A stretch of 64,000 nucleotides of DNA from Pelomyxa schiedti (GCA_020536535.1 JAHLWZ010000791.1:248001-312000), one strand, 5' to 3'; shown: positions 13,014 to 27,993, numbered from the stretch's first letter. Program-made: numbers and translations. The notes: generated by a model from the letters alone, not told the origin.

Positions 13014-16000
13014 ATGTCTAAGTTTTGGGCGACGGAAAACGGCTCCGACGAGGAAGATCGCAACGAAGAAAATGAGGATCGCAACGACGATGGCGGTGAA
13101 GAGGAAGAAGAGGATTTGATGGGAAAACGTTCCGCAACTCCGTCTTCCACTCGCGTCGAGGAAGCGAAGCCAAAGAAGTACGTGTTACGGGGAACACCCT
13201 TTTTTCCCCCTCTCCCCCTTTTTTTGGGAAGAAACTATTGGGTTTTTTTTTTCCCCCAAACAATGGCATTACCTGCCCAAGTATGTAATTTCCTGCACAG
13301 GTCTATGTTCTCCGTTGAGGACTCTGACAGCGACGAAGGCGAGACGAGACGCGTTGTTGTAAGTCACGCGCAGAAGAAAGTTCAAGAGTTCAAGGCTGTT
13401 ATCAAAGCCATTGGTGCGCACGCCAAGGCGGACGCATGGGGTGAAGTGTCTAATGACTTGGATAAACTTCTAAAAGTAGAAGCCCTCACCAATGAATGCC
13501 TTCTATTGATCCCACACTTTCTCTTTCTTCTACAAAATAGCTTGGGGCCAAGCCCACCAACTCTTTCAGTAAGGAAGTATGGCCTCCACGTGATCTGCTT
13601 CATGGTTTGTCCAAAATTCAGTTCTTGTACACCACCAGAGAGCAAGACACAGATACAAAGCTTCCAGGCCAGTGTGTCAAGTAAGTCGGTTTATTTGAAT
13701 GCCACAATAAGTAACGTGCCTTCAGAATATTCCGAGCCATGAAAACACGCATGAAGAAGATTTATGCCCCATTTGCTAAAGATCTTGCTCTGTACAACGC
13801 AGATCCTGACGAGTCTGAGATAGAACCCGAGGAACCCAAAGACTCCGATGTTGATGAAAATGAGGACGAATCCCCAGAACCAATTCAGAAAGAGCCTGAG
13901 GAAGATGAAGGTGAGACTGAAGAAAAGCCTGCTCCTGCTGGTAGAAGTAAATGGACCAAGAAGGCTAAAGCAGATAGCGAATCGAGTGAAGATGAGCAGA
14001 AGGATGAACCTGAGACTAGTGATTCTGATGACTTCATGAGGCCAAACAGGCCTAGGACACGTGAATACTGGCTGAAAAGACCAGCTAAAAAAGAGGTCGA
14101 GGTCAAAGCAGACTCAGAAGTAGACGAGCCTGAACCTACAGACGAGGTTGATGAACTACCCACTGAAGAAATTGATGAGTCTGAGTTACCCCCTGATGAG
14201 GAAGTTGAAGTTATTGATGAAGAAGAACAACAGAGAAGAGACGAGGCAGAGGCCCGCAGAAAGCGGAAAGCTGCTAAAGCAGAAGCCAAGAAAGAAGAAA
14301 TGACACCAGATGCCATCCTCAAACAACTTGAAGAAATATGTTCGTCTCGAGGAAGGAAAGGTGTGAAGCCGTTGTTACAAGCTGCTAGGCTTTCGCGTTA
14401 CCTCAAGCATGCTATTCAAATTCGAGATTGGAAGCTTGCTCTCCGCTTGTCTGTTGTACTGACTGCTGTAGAGTTTGATACAACTCCCCGTAGTGCAGAG
14501 TTCATGCTTACCAGTGAGTGGAACAAGTGTGTGTCCACATTGATCAAGGTGTTGGACATTCTTGATCAAGATCGCTCGTTGGTTGTCCAAGAAGGTAGTA
14601 ACATAACTCTAACGGCTATATGGTCTTCTAATTTTTTCACAGAAAATGCGCCAGTAGCAGAATCTCAAGAGGGGGAGGCTGGGATCACCAAACTCAGCAT
14701 TCTTACTTTCATTGAACGATTGGATGACCAATTCATCAAATCTTTGCAACATTTAGATCCACACACATCGGAGTATTTACAACGCATGAATGATGAGCCA
14801 AGCCTGGTTTCATTGGCACAACATGCTTACACGTACTACGTCCGTGTAAAAAATGCCCGTAACGCTGCCCGATGTGCACTGGTGGCACTACAGCATACTT
14901 ATTACCGACGCCCAGCAGCAAATCCCTCTCCGACTACTATAGCAGCCGAAGCAAAACAGCAAGAGCTGGTGCATGAACTGTGCTCATATATTATTAATAA
15001 CGGCGAGGATCGTATTCGTGCTCGTGCAGTTTTGTGCCGTGTATATTATGATGCTCTCCATGATTTATTTTACGAAGCCCGTGACCTGCTTCTCACGTCT
15101 CATCTACAAGAAGTTATTTCCGATATGGACCACACACATCAAGTATTGTTCAATCGTTCCATGGTTCAGTTGGGTATGTGCGCGTTTCGAAAAGGTCTTG
15201 TCTATGAGGCCCATGGCTGCCTTCAGGATATGTATTCAGGGACCCCCATAAAAGAGCTTCTTGGCCAAGTACATTTCTTTTCTTCTTCCAGCTTGAGTTA
15301 ACACTATGAAGGGGTTTTCACAACAACTTACGCGAATGCAAGAGAGAGACCCTGTTTTAGAACGGATAGAGAAAGCTCGCCAAGTTCCTTATCATATGCA
15401 CATCAACTTGGAGCTTGTGGAAGCATGTTACCTTCTTGCAGCAATGCTTATAGAGATTCCTGGCATGGCTGCCCAGCTACACGCTTCTCACGGCGTTCCT
15501 GACCCAAGCCTCCGAAAGAGACAAGTAGTAAATAGAAATTTCCGGAGACTCATCGAGGCTGCTGATAAGCAACCGTTTTATGGACCACCACAGTATGTGA
15601 GGGAGGTGGTAGTTGCAGGTGTGTTCCCTCCCACCACACAACACACGTCTGACGAAAATAACAGCTTCACGCCATCTACGATCATGTGATTGGAGAAAAT
15701 GCACCGATCTAGTGCTTGGTCTAAAAGCATGGTCCTTCATCACACCAGCAGCATCATCTGCAGCACTGAAAACACTTCTGAAGTCAAAGATCCAAGAAGC
15801 AGCCTTCAAAACATTCTTATTCCACAACTCCCGCTTCTACACTTCAATCACTCTCGCAAGACTCTGCGAGCTGTTTGACCTTCCACAAAACATCGCACAC
15901 AGCATCCTATGCAGGATGCTTAGCAACGAGGAGCTTATCAACGCATCGCTAGACCAACCATCCAACATACTTGTGTTCCACCCACCCCCAACACACACCC

Positions 16001-16284
16001 AAGCAGTGTCACTAATGCTCGCCGACAAACTCGCATCGCTTGTGGAGAACAACGAGCACGTGTTTGAGACCCGCACCGCGTCACTTGCACCACCACCACC
16101 CCCGCAATCATCATCCACAGGCTCGTCCTCATCATACTTTGGAGGCTACAGAGGCAGGCAATCCAGAGGGGAAGACCAGAGTGAATCGGGCAGCACTGGC
16201 AGGTATGGAAGAGGCAGAGGAGGAGAGAACAGATACAGAGGAGGGGCAACACAACGGCCCGGCCGACTCCCTGACAACTCATGA
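13014..16284 (+). CDS. EIF3C: Eukaryotic translation initiation factor 3 subunit C
   Basis: MSKFWA start, SRGRKG, ERLDDQFIKSLQHLDPHTSEY, ARDLLLTSHLQ, QVLFNRSMVQLGMCAFR, PYHMHINLELVE, PCI domain. Confidence 0.95.
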
Positions 16285-16442
16285 CCAATGACCCTTCACA
16301 GGCAGTAACAAACAACAAAAAAAAAAATTTCAGGCTAGGCAAGTGTTGGTCTTTTTTTTATTCTTTGTTTTTGCTTGCACAGAGGTTGGGTGGTTTTTGT
16401 GGGAACACCACAGGTGCTTGATACCAACAGTTTTATTTTTTT

Positions 16443-17370
16443 TTAGGGTGTTCCTTTGCCTAGTTCTTTCTCATACATCAGAATGGCTGTGTATGTTTGC
16501 CACGTGATAGCAGGATCGCGCAGAACATCACCACTTATTCCAGCCTTATTGGTGGCACAGTGAGTAACAAATGTCCTCACATCCCAGTTGTTGTCAGTGG
16601 CTACCTATTTGGGTGTTGGTTGTTAGGGAATGTAGTGACCTGCAACACAGAAGGTGTTGGGGGATGCTTTTTCACTAATTAGTGGAAGGAATTTTCACCT
16701 GAGGAAGATAGGTGCCACTACGCCAGCCTTTGGTTACAATTATACCATGTTCACCTACGCGGACTTGGCGCAGTGGATCAATAATCTTAACTGGTGGTGT
16801 CAGAACTGAGATACATATATCTATTTGGTTCCTTAAAGAATTGGTTATTCTGGGGGTTACATATTTTCTATTTGTCTAGAGACACACGGACACAAACCTG
16901 AATTCTTGGCTAGAAATTTTCTTGAACCGATCATCAGAGAGTGTTTCTACAGCCCTGGATTCAACAACCTTTTAGAATTCAATAAAAAGCCCATTTCCTT
17001 CTTTGCTACACTCTATTCAATAGCTACCTCATACAAGGGCTCGTCTGGGGTAAAAATCCCAATACATCCCCTTAAACGGCCATCGTTTTCATATGTAACA
17101 AAGCACCCTCCACATTGCCTGTCCACTCCTAATCGCTAGCAAATTCACCAAGTCAGCAAAGGAACCGCCAACCAAAAAGGCCACCGAAAGCAACAAAAAC
17201 AAAAGCCCATAGGCACACTAAGAAGTGACTCCAATAACAAACCACTGGGGGCACACCCTGGCCTGAGCCTCGAACGATGGAGTGGGGGTGTGATCCAAGT
17301 AACATTGTGCTGCTGTACGTGCAACGTAGAGCAGGAACCTCTTCTGTTCCTCGTTGAGTGTCAGTGACAT
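16443..17370 (-). CDS. AMMECR1-domain protein (AmmeMemoRadiSam protein A-like), not in the ORF track
   Basis: Manually spliced exons: MSLTLNEEQKRFLLYVARTA.., GCFVTYENDGRLRGCIGIF, ETLSDDRF, ISVLTPP..VGEHGIIVTKGWRSGTYLPQ|VATDNNWD..FVTHCATNKAG. Stop TAA at 16445-16443. Confidence 0.88.
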
Positions 17371-17500
17371 TGGGGGATTGGCTTGGGTTAGACGAAAATT
17401 GAAGGGTGATGAAGAGTATGAAGGCTCTCTCGGGAATTGGGGTATATTTCTTGTATTGCATTGGGGCTTTTTTTTTCCCCTCCATTACTATTATCCGTCA

Positions 17501-18414
17501 CTAGGGTTTCTTGGCTACTCGGCTTTTCTTGGAGGATGGTGCTAGTTTGGGACTTGCGGTGGTTGTGGTTGTGGATGTGGATGTGCTGGCTGAGGGTGGG
17601 GTCTTCCTTTTTTCCGGTGCTGATTTCTTGGTGTCTGTTTTGGGGGGTTTGATGGCTTTTGGTTTGACGGGTGCTGTGGCTTTCGGTTTGATGGTTTTTG
17701 GGGTGCTTTGTTTGGTGGTTGGTTGTGCCTTTGAGGCGGTTGGCTTCTTTACCTTTTGAGTTACGGCTGTGGTTGGTGTGGGGTTTTCGTTTGTTGTTGG
17801 ATTTGCCTCTGGTGTTGGCTCTGCTGTTGAATCAATTTCTTTTTCTGTTGTGTCAGATGAATTCGTATTTTGCTTTCCGACTCCGTGTTTTATAAATCTT
17901 GCAGCAGCTTGCTGGTCGATTCTCGCAGCTGGGAGTAAATTGATTAAAAAAGATTGTATTGGTAGGTATGCCTTTGGCCCTGTTTGTCAAGTCCTTCAAT
18001 TTCTCGAAGTACTCTTTAATTCTCCCCTGACCCAAGAAAATTCGCTCAATTTAAGTCATTACAATAGAGAAAGCTGTACCATCTCGGCTACTACTGGGTG
18101 ATTTTGGGTAGATACTCCTTGAGTCTTTAAAAACACTTGACGAACGTAAGTAATAGCGAAGTAGTGAACAGACAGGCCGCAGAAGCAAAGAATTAGCTCG
18201 AAAAAGATAAAAAAAAAAAAACCGAACTGTAAAACAGAGAGTTGATCGCGTAGGCCAAGGTCATGTGCAATTTTGCTTGGTCCACAGGTTGTAGTTTTTC
18301 TTTCAACTCTTGCAAAGACACCTCAAACAGAGGCTCCAACTGGGATTCCAGTTTAGAGATTGTGTCATCCACCTCCGTCAGCGTGTGCGTCACATCCTCC
18401 GGCACAAGGTCCAT
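17501..18414 (-). CDS. C1D: C1D/Rrp47 (Sas10/Utp3/C1D domain) exosome cofactor
   Basis: DQAKLHMTLAYAINSLFY, LKTQGV..HPVVAEM, RIKEYFEKLK, IDQQAAARFIKH, followed by a basic low-complexity tail. Confidence 0.88.
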
Positions 18415-18641
18415 CCCTCCGCTTTATTACCTACAATCAGATCTACACTCTGCAATTACCAAATTCCGCTACTGCAGGCAACGAGTGCCACATGACAAAC
18501 CGAAGTAATTGGGCCAGGGCCCCATAATCTTGCCCAAGTGCGCTCTCGCTCGGTCCTCCGGCCCAGGCCCCAGCCAGGTCCGGCTCGATCAGATCTGTCA
18601 AACACCCGAACGGCAGCAGATCAGATTCGTCTAAAAAGAAA

Positions 18642-21600
18642 ATGAGTGCCGCTGCGCTGAGAAACTCGGCGTCGTCGCCACCGCCGCCCATGACGAACAA
18701 AACAGGCGGCAATGTGTGGGAGCCAGTGAGGGTGAGCGGAAGTGCGTCCGGGCCGTTGCCTCGTTCTTGGCATTCCGCTGTGTCACTGGGCTCCAAGATC
18801 TACCTCTTTGGTACACCTTTTTTGGGGGTTTTTTTTTTTTTTTTGGGTTTTGGCTTTTGGCTTTTTGTTTTTTGTTTTTCCATCTCGTCTGGTTTTGGAG
18901 GTTGATGAAATGTAGGTGGTATTCGTGATGGCGCGGTGTGTGCAGACATGCAGATATTGAATTTAGGTTTGCATTGTGTTGGAGAGTACTTCTTGAGTTA
19001 AATAACATCTGGACACGTTTAGAGGGACTTTGTGGGTGGAAGACACCGTCTTTCACTGGGTCAACCCCGAAAGCACGTTGTGGGCATACAGCTACATTAG
19101 TACCACGCAACTCCATGCTTGTGTTCGGTGGTGCAGATAACCCCAATGGTGACGAACTGGCTCCACCTGATATGAATGTCTTAAATTTAGACACATTTGC
19201 ATGGGGAAGACCAAGAACCTCTGGTATGCTTTTGACCCCAGGCTTTCTTGTGTCACAGAGAAAATATAGGAAGTCCACCTGACCCAGTGTGTCACCACAC
19301 TGCAATTTTTGTTGCAACCAGTGGGAGTGTATTCTTTTTGTGTGGGAAAACCTCCAAGGGGCCAATTAATTCTTTCTACACCTATTCCACAAGTACACTT
19401 GTACACCATATTCATTTCAATTCACTTCTTTTTAAGATAATAGAGCATGGGCAGTTCTTCCCAAGCCCCCTCTGGCCCCACGGTACCATCACATTACTGT
19501 AGCAATGGGCAGTAAACTGTATACTTTTGGTGGGACTGATGGAAAGATAATATTCAATGACTTCTGGTCCTATGAGATTGGTGTGCACATACTACAGGTA
19601 CATGGTTGCTGATGAAGATGTAGGCTCGTCGCACTGGATGCAAGTCGCAGTGGAGGGAATCTGCCCTCCTCCACTTTATGGACACTCTGCAATTGTTGTA
19701 GCAAATCGAATCTTAGTTTGGGGTGGCCTCTCTGAACAAGGCCCGAATGAGAATATGTTCGCATTTGACGTTAATACTTCTCACTGGTTTCATGTGACCC
19801 CAGCATCGAGAGGGTTTGGAGGAGATTTTCCTGGTCCTCGAATTGGATTTGTGTGCACTGAGGCCAATCGAAAGGTTTACTTAATAGGTGGAATCCCCCC
19901 AAATGGCCCTTGTACGGCCCCGTCACTTGCCACACCTTTTGTTCTTTCTGCAGGTTAACAGCTTGCTTACTCTCCCAGCTGACAGGTTTTAGGCAAACTG
20001 GAATATCTTCCCATTTCTCCTCGTCCGGATACGAAATTATTATGTAAGCACTCACATTACTGTCATCACCTAACTTATTTTAGCCACTTCCTCAGAAACT
20101 CTGCAGGTTAATCCCCGCTTTAATTTTTTCCACCCTCCCTGTTTCTCATTTGAATTGTTTGTGTGAGTATTAATTCCACATTGCATGACTACAGTCCAAG
20201 ACTCCAGATCTTAGGTCAACCTCGTTGACTACCTCCACCTCCCTCATGTAAGTTGCTGTCTTTTTGGAAGGTGTATAACACTACCTTTTAGTACCGAGCC
20301 AGCATCTGTGAGGCAGCAAACGCCTCCCCCGCACCATACTTCCGCGCAACTCCAAGTTGAGACCCATCCACCCCCTTCACATTCTCCTCAGATTCAGCGT
20401 CCTCTTCCACAACATCCACCTTCCTCAAAGCAGTCCTTGTCAGTGGTCAGCCCACCTATTCTCAATGAAGACAAAAACTCAACAGTTCTCTCCAAGTCAG
20501 CTTCCTCACCCACTGTGGCAAAAAAAGACATCCCAGAGAAAACCATTACAAATGTAATAAAACCAGCAGTAACGGGAACAGACACATTACCGCAATTGGA
20601 TCTCCATCCCCCCACGAAGTTGGAAGTACAACCTATCAGCTCTGGGCCTAATGAAGTCGAGTTACTCCGAGCACAGTTGGTAGTAGCTCAAAGTGTCAAA
20701 GAGAATTTAGAATCCAGGCTTGCAAATATGCAGACACAACTGCAATCACTGGAACAGATCAAACTAGAAAGAAATGGCTTATTGGAATCAAAGGGATCTG
20801 CTTTACATACAGTTGACACACTAAATACTGAGAAGGAGAAACTTCAGAAGCAGAACGCAGCACTTGAAGTAGAGAAGAGTAAACTAAGAGATGATTTTTC
20901 TGCATTGCAAGGAGTAACCAACAGTTTGAAAGCCGAGTTTGCAACCAACAAAACTTTGTGGGAAGGAGAAAAGGAGAAGCTCCAACAAGAACTGTCGAAA
21001 CTGAGCAAGGAATTTGCAGAACAGGCATCCTGTCTTACAAGTCTCTCCAAAGAGAAGATACACAGCGAGGCAGAGCTGTCCCAATTGAAGCTGCAACTCC
21101 AGTCAGAGAGCACTCACACTCAAGAAGAAATAAACAAATTGCAGCGTAAACTTTCAGAGGAAGGTGCAATGCACACAGTGGAATTGACCAGACTCCGAGA
21201 GCAACTTACTCAACAATCTTCCAGTGTGCCTTTGGATACTGAACACAAATTGACCTGCCTTCAAGCAGAAGTTGCACAGTATAACCAGCAACTGGCTTGC
21301 GAGAAAGAAGCTGTGTCAACATTATCAAAGCAGTTGTCGGAAGCAAGAGTACAACTTAGTGAGGGAGAAGACAAATACCGGAAACTCCTTGACGAGAAGA
21401 CAGTGCAACAAAAGGCGTTGAAAGAGGCCGTTGACAATTACACTGACCTCACAACCAAGTTTTCTAATCTCAAGACACTGCAGGAAGTTACTTCAAGGGA
21501 CCGGGATGAGTTGCACACCCAGATAGCACTTCTGAAGGAAGGCCATACCCTCCTCACACAGAAGCATAACAGTTGTGAAACTACATTAAAAGAAAAACTG

Positions 21601-24600
21601 CAGCTCATTGAAAAATTAAGAACAGAAAAAGAACAGATAGAACGAGACCGGGAGATGGAAAAAACCATTTTGCCAAGTGATGCACAGCAAAGCATTCTTT
21701 TAGAGCAGATGCAATCACAAGCTGTTCAATTGACTGAGCTCCACCTCCGACTTGGGGATGTGGAAATGGAAAAAGATCAACTTCAACAAAAATATGAGGT
21801 GATGTTACTCACTCAAGGAGAACCGAATTCGAAGCTAAAAGATCCTGGAAGTGAAAGCATCTCTCAAAATGTGGCTTTGCACCGAGAAAGTGAGCTCCAG
21901 ACTCAACTTGCTGCTGTTGAAAAGGAAAGAGACACCCTCAAGTTGGAATTATCCAAAGCGCAGGAGAAGTTGCTTCATTCTGAAACAATTCAGAAAGAAT
22001 TAAATGAAGCGTTAGTAAAGGAAAAAACCTCCCATAAACCTGAAGACCCACCAAGCACTGAGCAGCTTGAAAGGGTACAACGTCGTCATGAATTAGAAGT
22101 CTCCTCACTTCAGATCAAACTGGATGAAGCACTAAATACCATTTCAAAGCAGGCTTCCACGGTCTCGGAAACAGAAATGGAGCTTGAACACCAACGCCAC
22201 CAATGTGAAGAGCTACGTGGTACTGTAAGTAAACTAAATAGCAAAATCCAAGAAAATGAGAGCAAGTTGAATCAAAATGAAGCTTCAGCTTCACGCAAAG
22301 AGCTGGAAGTGATGCACACCTTATGTGACCTACTGCACACCAATGCCGATTGTCTTATCGACAATGTTACAACATTACAGAAAGACATTCAACAAAGGCA
22401 GACATCTTGTGAAGAGAAGGATGTACAATTAGCGAAGCTCACTGACGATATTGTTGCACTTCGCAATACTAACTCATCACTTGAAGGCAGAATGAAAGAA
22501 CTCACTGTTTCCGTTGAGGAGAATAAGCAAATACTTAATCAACTGGAAACAGAAAAAATGGCATTTGTGAAGCAAGTTGCTGACCTCAGTAGCCGAACTG
22601 ATGAATTGAAAATACTCTCTCAAACAATGACGGTGGAGCGTGAGAATCTTCGTTCAGAGTTAGCTGATCATATTAAGTTGTTCAAGGAAAAGGAGGTGGA
22701 ATATGCTAACAAGGTTCTTAAGTTATTGTTGTGACGTTCCTAACGCCATTTCAGCTAACAGATATGAAAAATGCTCTTGTTACTTCACAAGCTGAAAAGA
22801 AAAAATTGGTTTTTCGAAAAGGAATAGTAAAGTGATGTTAACCTAAATTTAGGAAGCCGACCTTGCTCGCCTTGAACAGGAAAATCGAGCAATCAAGGTT
22901 GAGGAGAAACATAATAAAACGAAAATGGTAATTCAACTTCGCTTATTGTCTAAAGACAGATGTTGACCGCGCTGTGACGAGAATCTGCCAAGTGACAACT
23001 GAAAATGTACCATCTCATTGGCCACCCGTAAATAACCTTTTGTTTATTAACAGAAAGGCCTTGAACACTCTACTAAGCATCTTCAATCACAATTTGACGA
23101 GGCTTCTGTCGAGAAGCTTGACTTACAGACAAAGTTGGAGAAGCTTACAGTAGAACACTCTGAAAAGCTCAATGAATTGAAGGAGCTTTCTGATAGCCGT
23201 GAACGAGAAATTTCTACCCATAAAAATGATGCCCAAGATCTACAGACCAAACTTGAGAAGGTTGAGTCAGACTTGACTGTGAGTGCTACCACAATTCTGT
23301 CTTTGCAGCAACGAGTCAAAGAACTGACGGATGAGCTTCTTCAGTCCACTTCAGAACATACAGCAGCTCAGGAACTGTTGCAATCTCATATAACCCAGCA
23401 CAGGGTGGAGCAGCAAGAGTTGCAGGCCAAGATAGATAGCCTAACCTCAAATGGTGCATCTGAGAAAAATGATTTAGATCTTCGGCTATTGCAGTCAAAG
23501 ATAGAGCAACTGAACACTGAACTTCTTTCCAGAACTCAAACATATGAAACAGAAAAAGCTAATATGCAACTGCAAATAGACAAACTCTCAACAGAGCTTA
23601 ACAACTCTGTTTCTGTGAATGAAAATGCCAAGATATCCTTTGCTTCTCAGGTATCCGAGCTTAGGACCGAATTGGCACAGAAGGTCGAAGCTTGTGATGC
23701 CGTGAAAATTACTACACAATCAACAATTGACCAGTTGACATCTGAACTGAGAGTCTTTCGTGCTGCAGAAAATACTTCCCATGATCAGAACAAAGAGCTC
23801 AATGAACGTCTCCACGCTATGGAACTGGAGATGGCAACGAAGCTAGAATCATCCGCTTCACAAATTCAGAAAATTACCGCCGAAAATTCTCATCTTAAGG
23901 TATTCAAAAGTGACTGTGTTAAATATCAAATAATAACCATCAACAAGGCGCAACTTGAGTTGTTGAACCAGACCAAAAAGGAATCCGATGACGCTGTTTC
24001 CACACTTCAAAAAGATATTCAAGACAAACTGAATGAGTCATCAGAGGAAGTTAAAAGACTGCAAGCTCGAAACACTGCACTCCAGGTTTCTTTTGTGTGC
24101 ATTTAAACCAAAAGACGTAATGTTTAATAGTCACAAATTGATGGATTGCTTCAGTCGAATTCTAAAGCTAAGGACGAGCAGGAATTGCAAGAAAGAAAAT
24201 TAGAAATTGAGAATCTCGTCTTGAGTAATGCAGAGCTGCAGGCAATTTTCTTTTCCTGTTGAGTTCGTTAACATATTCTTTTTCTATCAATGTTTAGGAA
24301 CAAAGGGACCTTTTGAAAAAGACCTTGGAAGAACTCGAACAGAACACAACTATATTCATGACTGAACTTGAAACTCTAAGAACAGTTGCACATCTACAAA
24401 TCCAAAGCGTTGTTGATCACCCCACAGGAAAAAAAAAATCATGAAGAAGAAGTTCTGACACTTCGCAATTCCTTAGCAACTCTTGATGAAAACTGCAAGC
24501 TACTATCCAATGTATGCTAACACCAATTCACTCCTCTAAGGATTTTCTAGGCACTTTCTGATCTGCAACAGCAACAGCAACAGCCTTCCGGAGGAAGTGT

Positions 24601-27600
24601 TGAAGTAGAAACACTGCGGCAACAAATCGACGTCCTAACACAAGAATTCAACAACCTACAAGAGAACCGCGACCAGTGGAAAGCAGCCGCCGAGGCAATG
24701 GAGCAACTAGGAAGGCAGTCAGCAGCAGAGCGCGATTCCACAATTGCCGAATTGACAATGCAAAAAGAAAGACTGGAAAACACACTAGCTTCCGTCGAGC
24801 AGAAGAACGATTCCCTTGACCGCATGCTCAAAAAGCTTGCTAACCTCAAAGTCTAACAACATACACTACACCCACAAAACACCTGTAACAAAAAGAACTT
24901 TAGATTTTTTGAATAAGAAAATTTCCAAAATTTCCTTCTGTATTATTAACAACGAAATTAAATGCAGCGGACGACATTAGAAACGAAGGTTTGCAGAGTG
25001 ACACCCTTGCATTTTTTGTGTTAGGCCTTTATCTCATTGTGCATTAGTACCAAATTCTATTGAGCCAATTTGAACAGGTTTCTTTACCTTCCTGTTGTTG
25101 TTGCTTAAATGCTGCTAGTTGAAAGAAGACTTTACCTACAACCTCAAGTATTTTTTTTTCCTAACCGTACAAAACTGCACCTAATTACAAACAACATTGT
25201 GCCCACTATTTTCCCATTTAGACTTCTGGAAGGAAGGGATGCCGAGCTCGAGTCGTATGTCACTTCTTTGCAGCAGTACAAAGAAGCACTAAGAGACAGA
25301 GACGTTGCCATATCTGATTTGCGAGTTCATGAATCACAACTTGCTGAACGAGTGACACGAGCAGAGGGTGTGGTTTCCATGCAACGCTCGGCGCAGGAGG
25401 ATATTTTGAGGCAGTTGAGTGAGCAGGCAGAAGTAAAACTTCCTGATTCTCCAATTTACTTAGTCATGACTGAAATCCCACACTTAAGACACAAGCTCGT
25501 CAAATTAAGGCCCAAGCTGCTAAACAAATTGAGGATTCAACTTTGCAATGGCAATCAGAGCGGTATTGTCATTCTTACAATTTTTTTTTTCCCCTCAGAT
25601 AATGGTATGAATAATGCAGTGAGGCACTGGAAGACCGTATCCATGTAATGCAGCAAGAACATGACATGGTACTAAATGATCTGAGAGCACACGCAGATCA
25701 CACAGCTGGACAGTTGCACATCGCAAATGGCAAAATTGTGGCTCTGTCCAATCAGATAAAAAGGTGTGGGCAGAATGCAACGTATCAATCTTGAGCTCAT
25801 GGACTCTAGATTAGAATCCAGAGTATCAGAATTACAAGAACTACTCAAAGAAAAAGAAAGAAAGCTTAAGGAGCGTACATGGGAGTTGGAGGACTCCAAG
25901 CAATCAGCAGCTGCCACGGAATTCCATTTATCTGGGGAACGGGAGCAAGTAAGTAAAGTATTTCTAGCCTATCCTTTACAGTGCTTCATAAGATACAAGA
26001 GCAATGGGAGCATTTACAAACTGAATACCAAGCAAAAGTATCTGAGTTGCATATAAAGTTAGACACCGCCCAGAAGGTGTGTTGCTTAAAAATATATCGT
26101 TTCGTTCTTATATTATTTTAGAGCTTAGATCTTCTCCGCTCAGAGCAAGAAATAGAAAATCAAAAAAGAGAGGAACATGCAGCAGAGCAGCATAAATCCT
26201 TCCAAGAACAATCTCAAGTAGGTCGATTTTACTCACGTAATCGTGTCAATTTCTTTAGAAACAATTAGAAACTTTCAAGTCCCAACTAGCAGGGTTACAA
26301 ACTGAATGGAGGGAAGAACGGGATAACCTTAAGCAACTCAAGTGGGAGGTAACTCAATTTCAACTATTTTGCCTATTGAACGAAAACGAGGCAGAACATT
26401 TAGCAGAACAATTGTCAACAGCGCTGCAAGAAGAGATCTCTAAGCGGGCAGCTGCTACCTCTCAGGCAGAACTCAAAATATCATCTCTTTCAAATAAGGT
26501 TTGGCTCTTAAGAAATCGAACCCAACCTTATATGGCTAAGCTTTTAGAAAAAGACCAAGAAATTGGAAATCTTCACAAACGCTTGGATGCCCAATCCATC
26601 AAAGTTGATACAACTCAGAAACTGAATGACAGCTTAAAGCTGGATATTGAGAAGTTGAAACAACAGCTTCTTGATTCTACTAACAAGGAGTCCCAGTTGC
26701 GAAAGCAACTACTCCAACGTTGTCTTTACTTCTTTCTTTATTTGTTTCCCGTAACAATACTTCCAGAGCAATTGGAATTCGAAAAACAACTTGAAGAATT
26801 TGCCAAGTCCGCTCCAGGAGATAATCAAACAGACACCCAGTTGATCCTATCCTTACATAGGCAACGAGACTGCGCATTAGCATCGTTAAAGGTAATACCG
26901 TTGTGCCGTCTATGCGATTGCAACCAATCTAGCAACAAGAAGAAGAAATCACAAGGCTTCAGTTAGAGTTAGAACGTGAACACCAAGAACTTCAACAAAC
27001 TCGAAACAGTACTTCATCCCAACTACAAGCCCAAGCACAGCACCACGCAGAAGAAATCAAGATTCTCCAACAGGATGTCTCGCGTCTTAAAGCAACCAGG
27101 GATGGTAGGTACCTCACCTCCATGTTCCCTTCCTTGAATTACTACAGATATCGATGTACTCCAGAAACAGCTTAAAGAAAGTTCGGATTGCATTGCCCAA
27201 CTAGAAGCAGAAAGGCAACAGCATATCTCGCAACTTAGAGACTTAGAAAGCAAAGTAACGCCAGAATCTTCACTACCCATTTCCCTTGTGCTAAAACACA
27301 AATAAAAAGAATGAAAGACTGGTTCTCGCCATGAAAGAAATGAGGCTTGAACTTGAACGTATCAACACCACGCCTCACCAAGGGGAGGAGCCAGAGCCTT
27401 ATGTCTCCCTTTCCCCCCAGCTTTACGAAAAATCTCCGTCCGCATCCCCACACAAACAGAACGCGGCAGACAATTCCGCGTCTGTTCTAAATGATATCCA
27501 ACAGCAGCTGCATTCCCTGAAGGAAATAATCTCTTCCAACCCACCACAGCTTCCGCACCCAGAGAATCCCGCAGATAATGGGGACCTTCAGTACCAACAA

Positions 27601-27993
27601 CAGCAACGGGAGTTCGAAATTCCCAAAAAAACCCCAACAACACACAACCTCAGGTTACGGAAAAACTCAACACCATCCCTTATAAACAAAAACAACAACA
27701 GCCCAACAAACAACACACTCAACACAAGTAACCTTGTGGTTACTGGCCGTCAGCTCTTTCCCAACCCTAGACTCAATTCCCAACACAAAAAGTCCCCCAC
27801 TAAGCCAGTAGTTCCACCAACAACAAATGCAACTGCACCACTACCAACGCAAACAAAACAAACAGAAATGACTGCTCCCACAGAAGATGGGGAGAGAGAA
27901 AGACTGAAACAGCTGAGAAGACAGCTTGTATCTAAAATAAAACAGCAACAAACCACGAATAAGAACCCATCCAGTTTGGGGGGTCATAGTTAA
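18642..27993 (+). CDS. Large Kelch-repeat + long coiled-coil protein (possibly two genes split near 24850-24970)
   Basis: Kelch repeats PRSWHSAV..IYLFG, ARCGHTAT..LVFGG, PLYGHSAI..LVWGG, then a Pro-rich linker and E/K/Q/L-rich heptad exons (20308-22734, 23135-24106 and on to 27993). Continuity depends on an intron at 24851-24967. Confidence 0.7.

Noticed and set aside
5668-14642. Stopless 3n introns (5668-5706, 5858-5896, 7801-7854, 14595-14642) read through in the ORF track
   Set aside because: Expected by chance among many ~40-50 nt introns; no evidence of excess without a genome-wide count.
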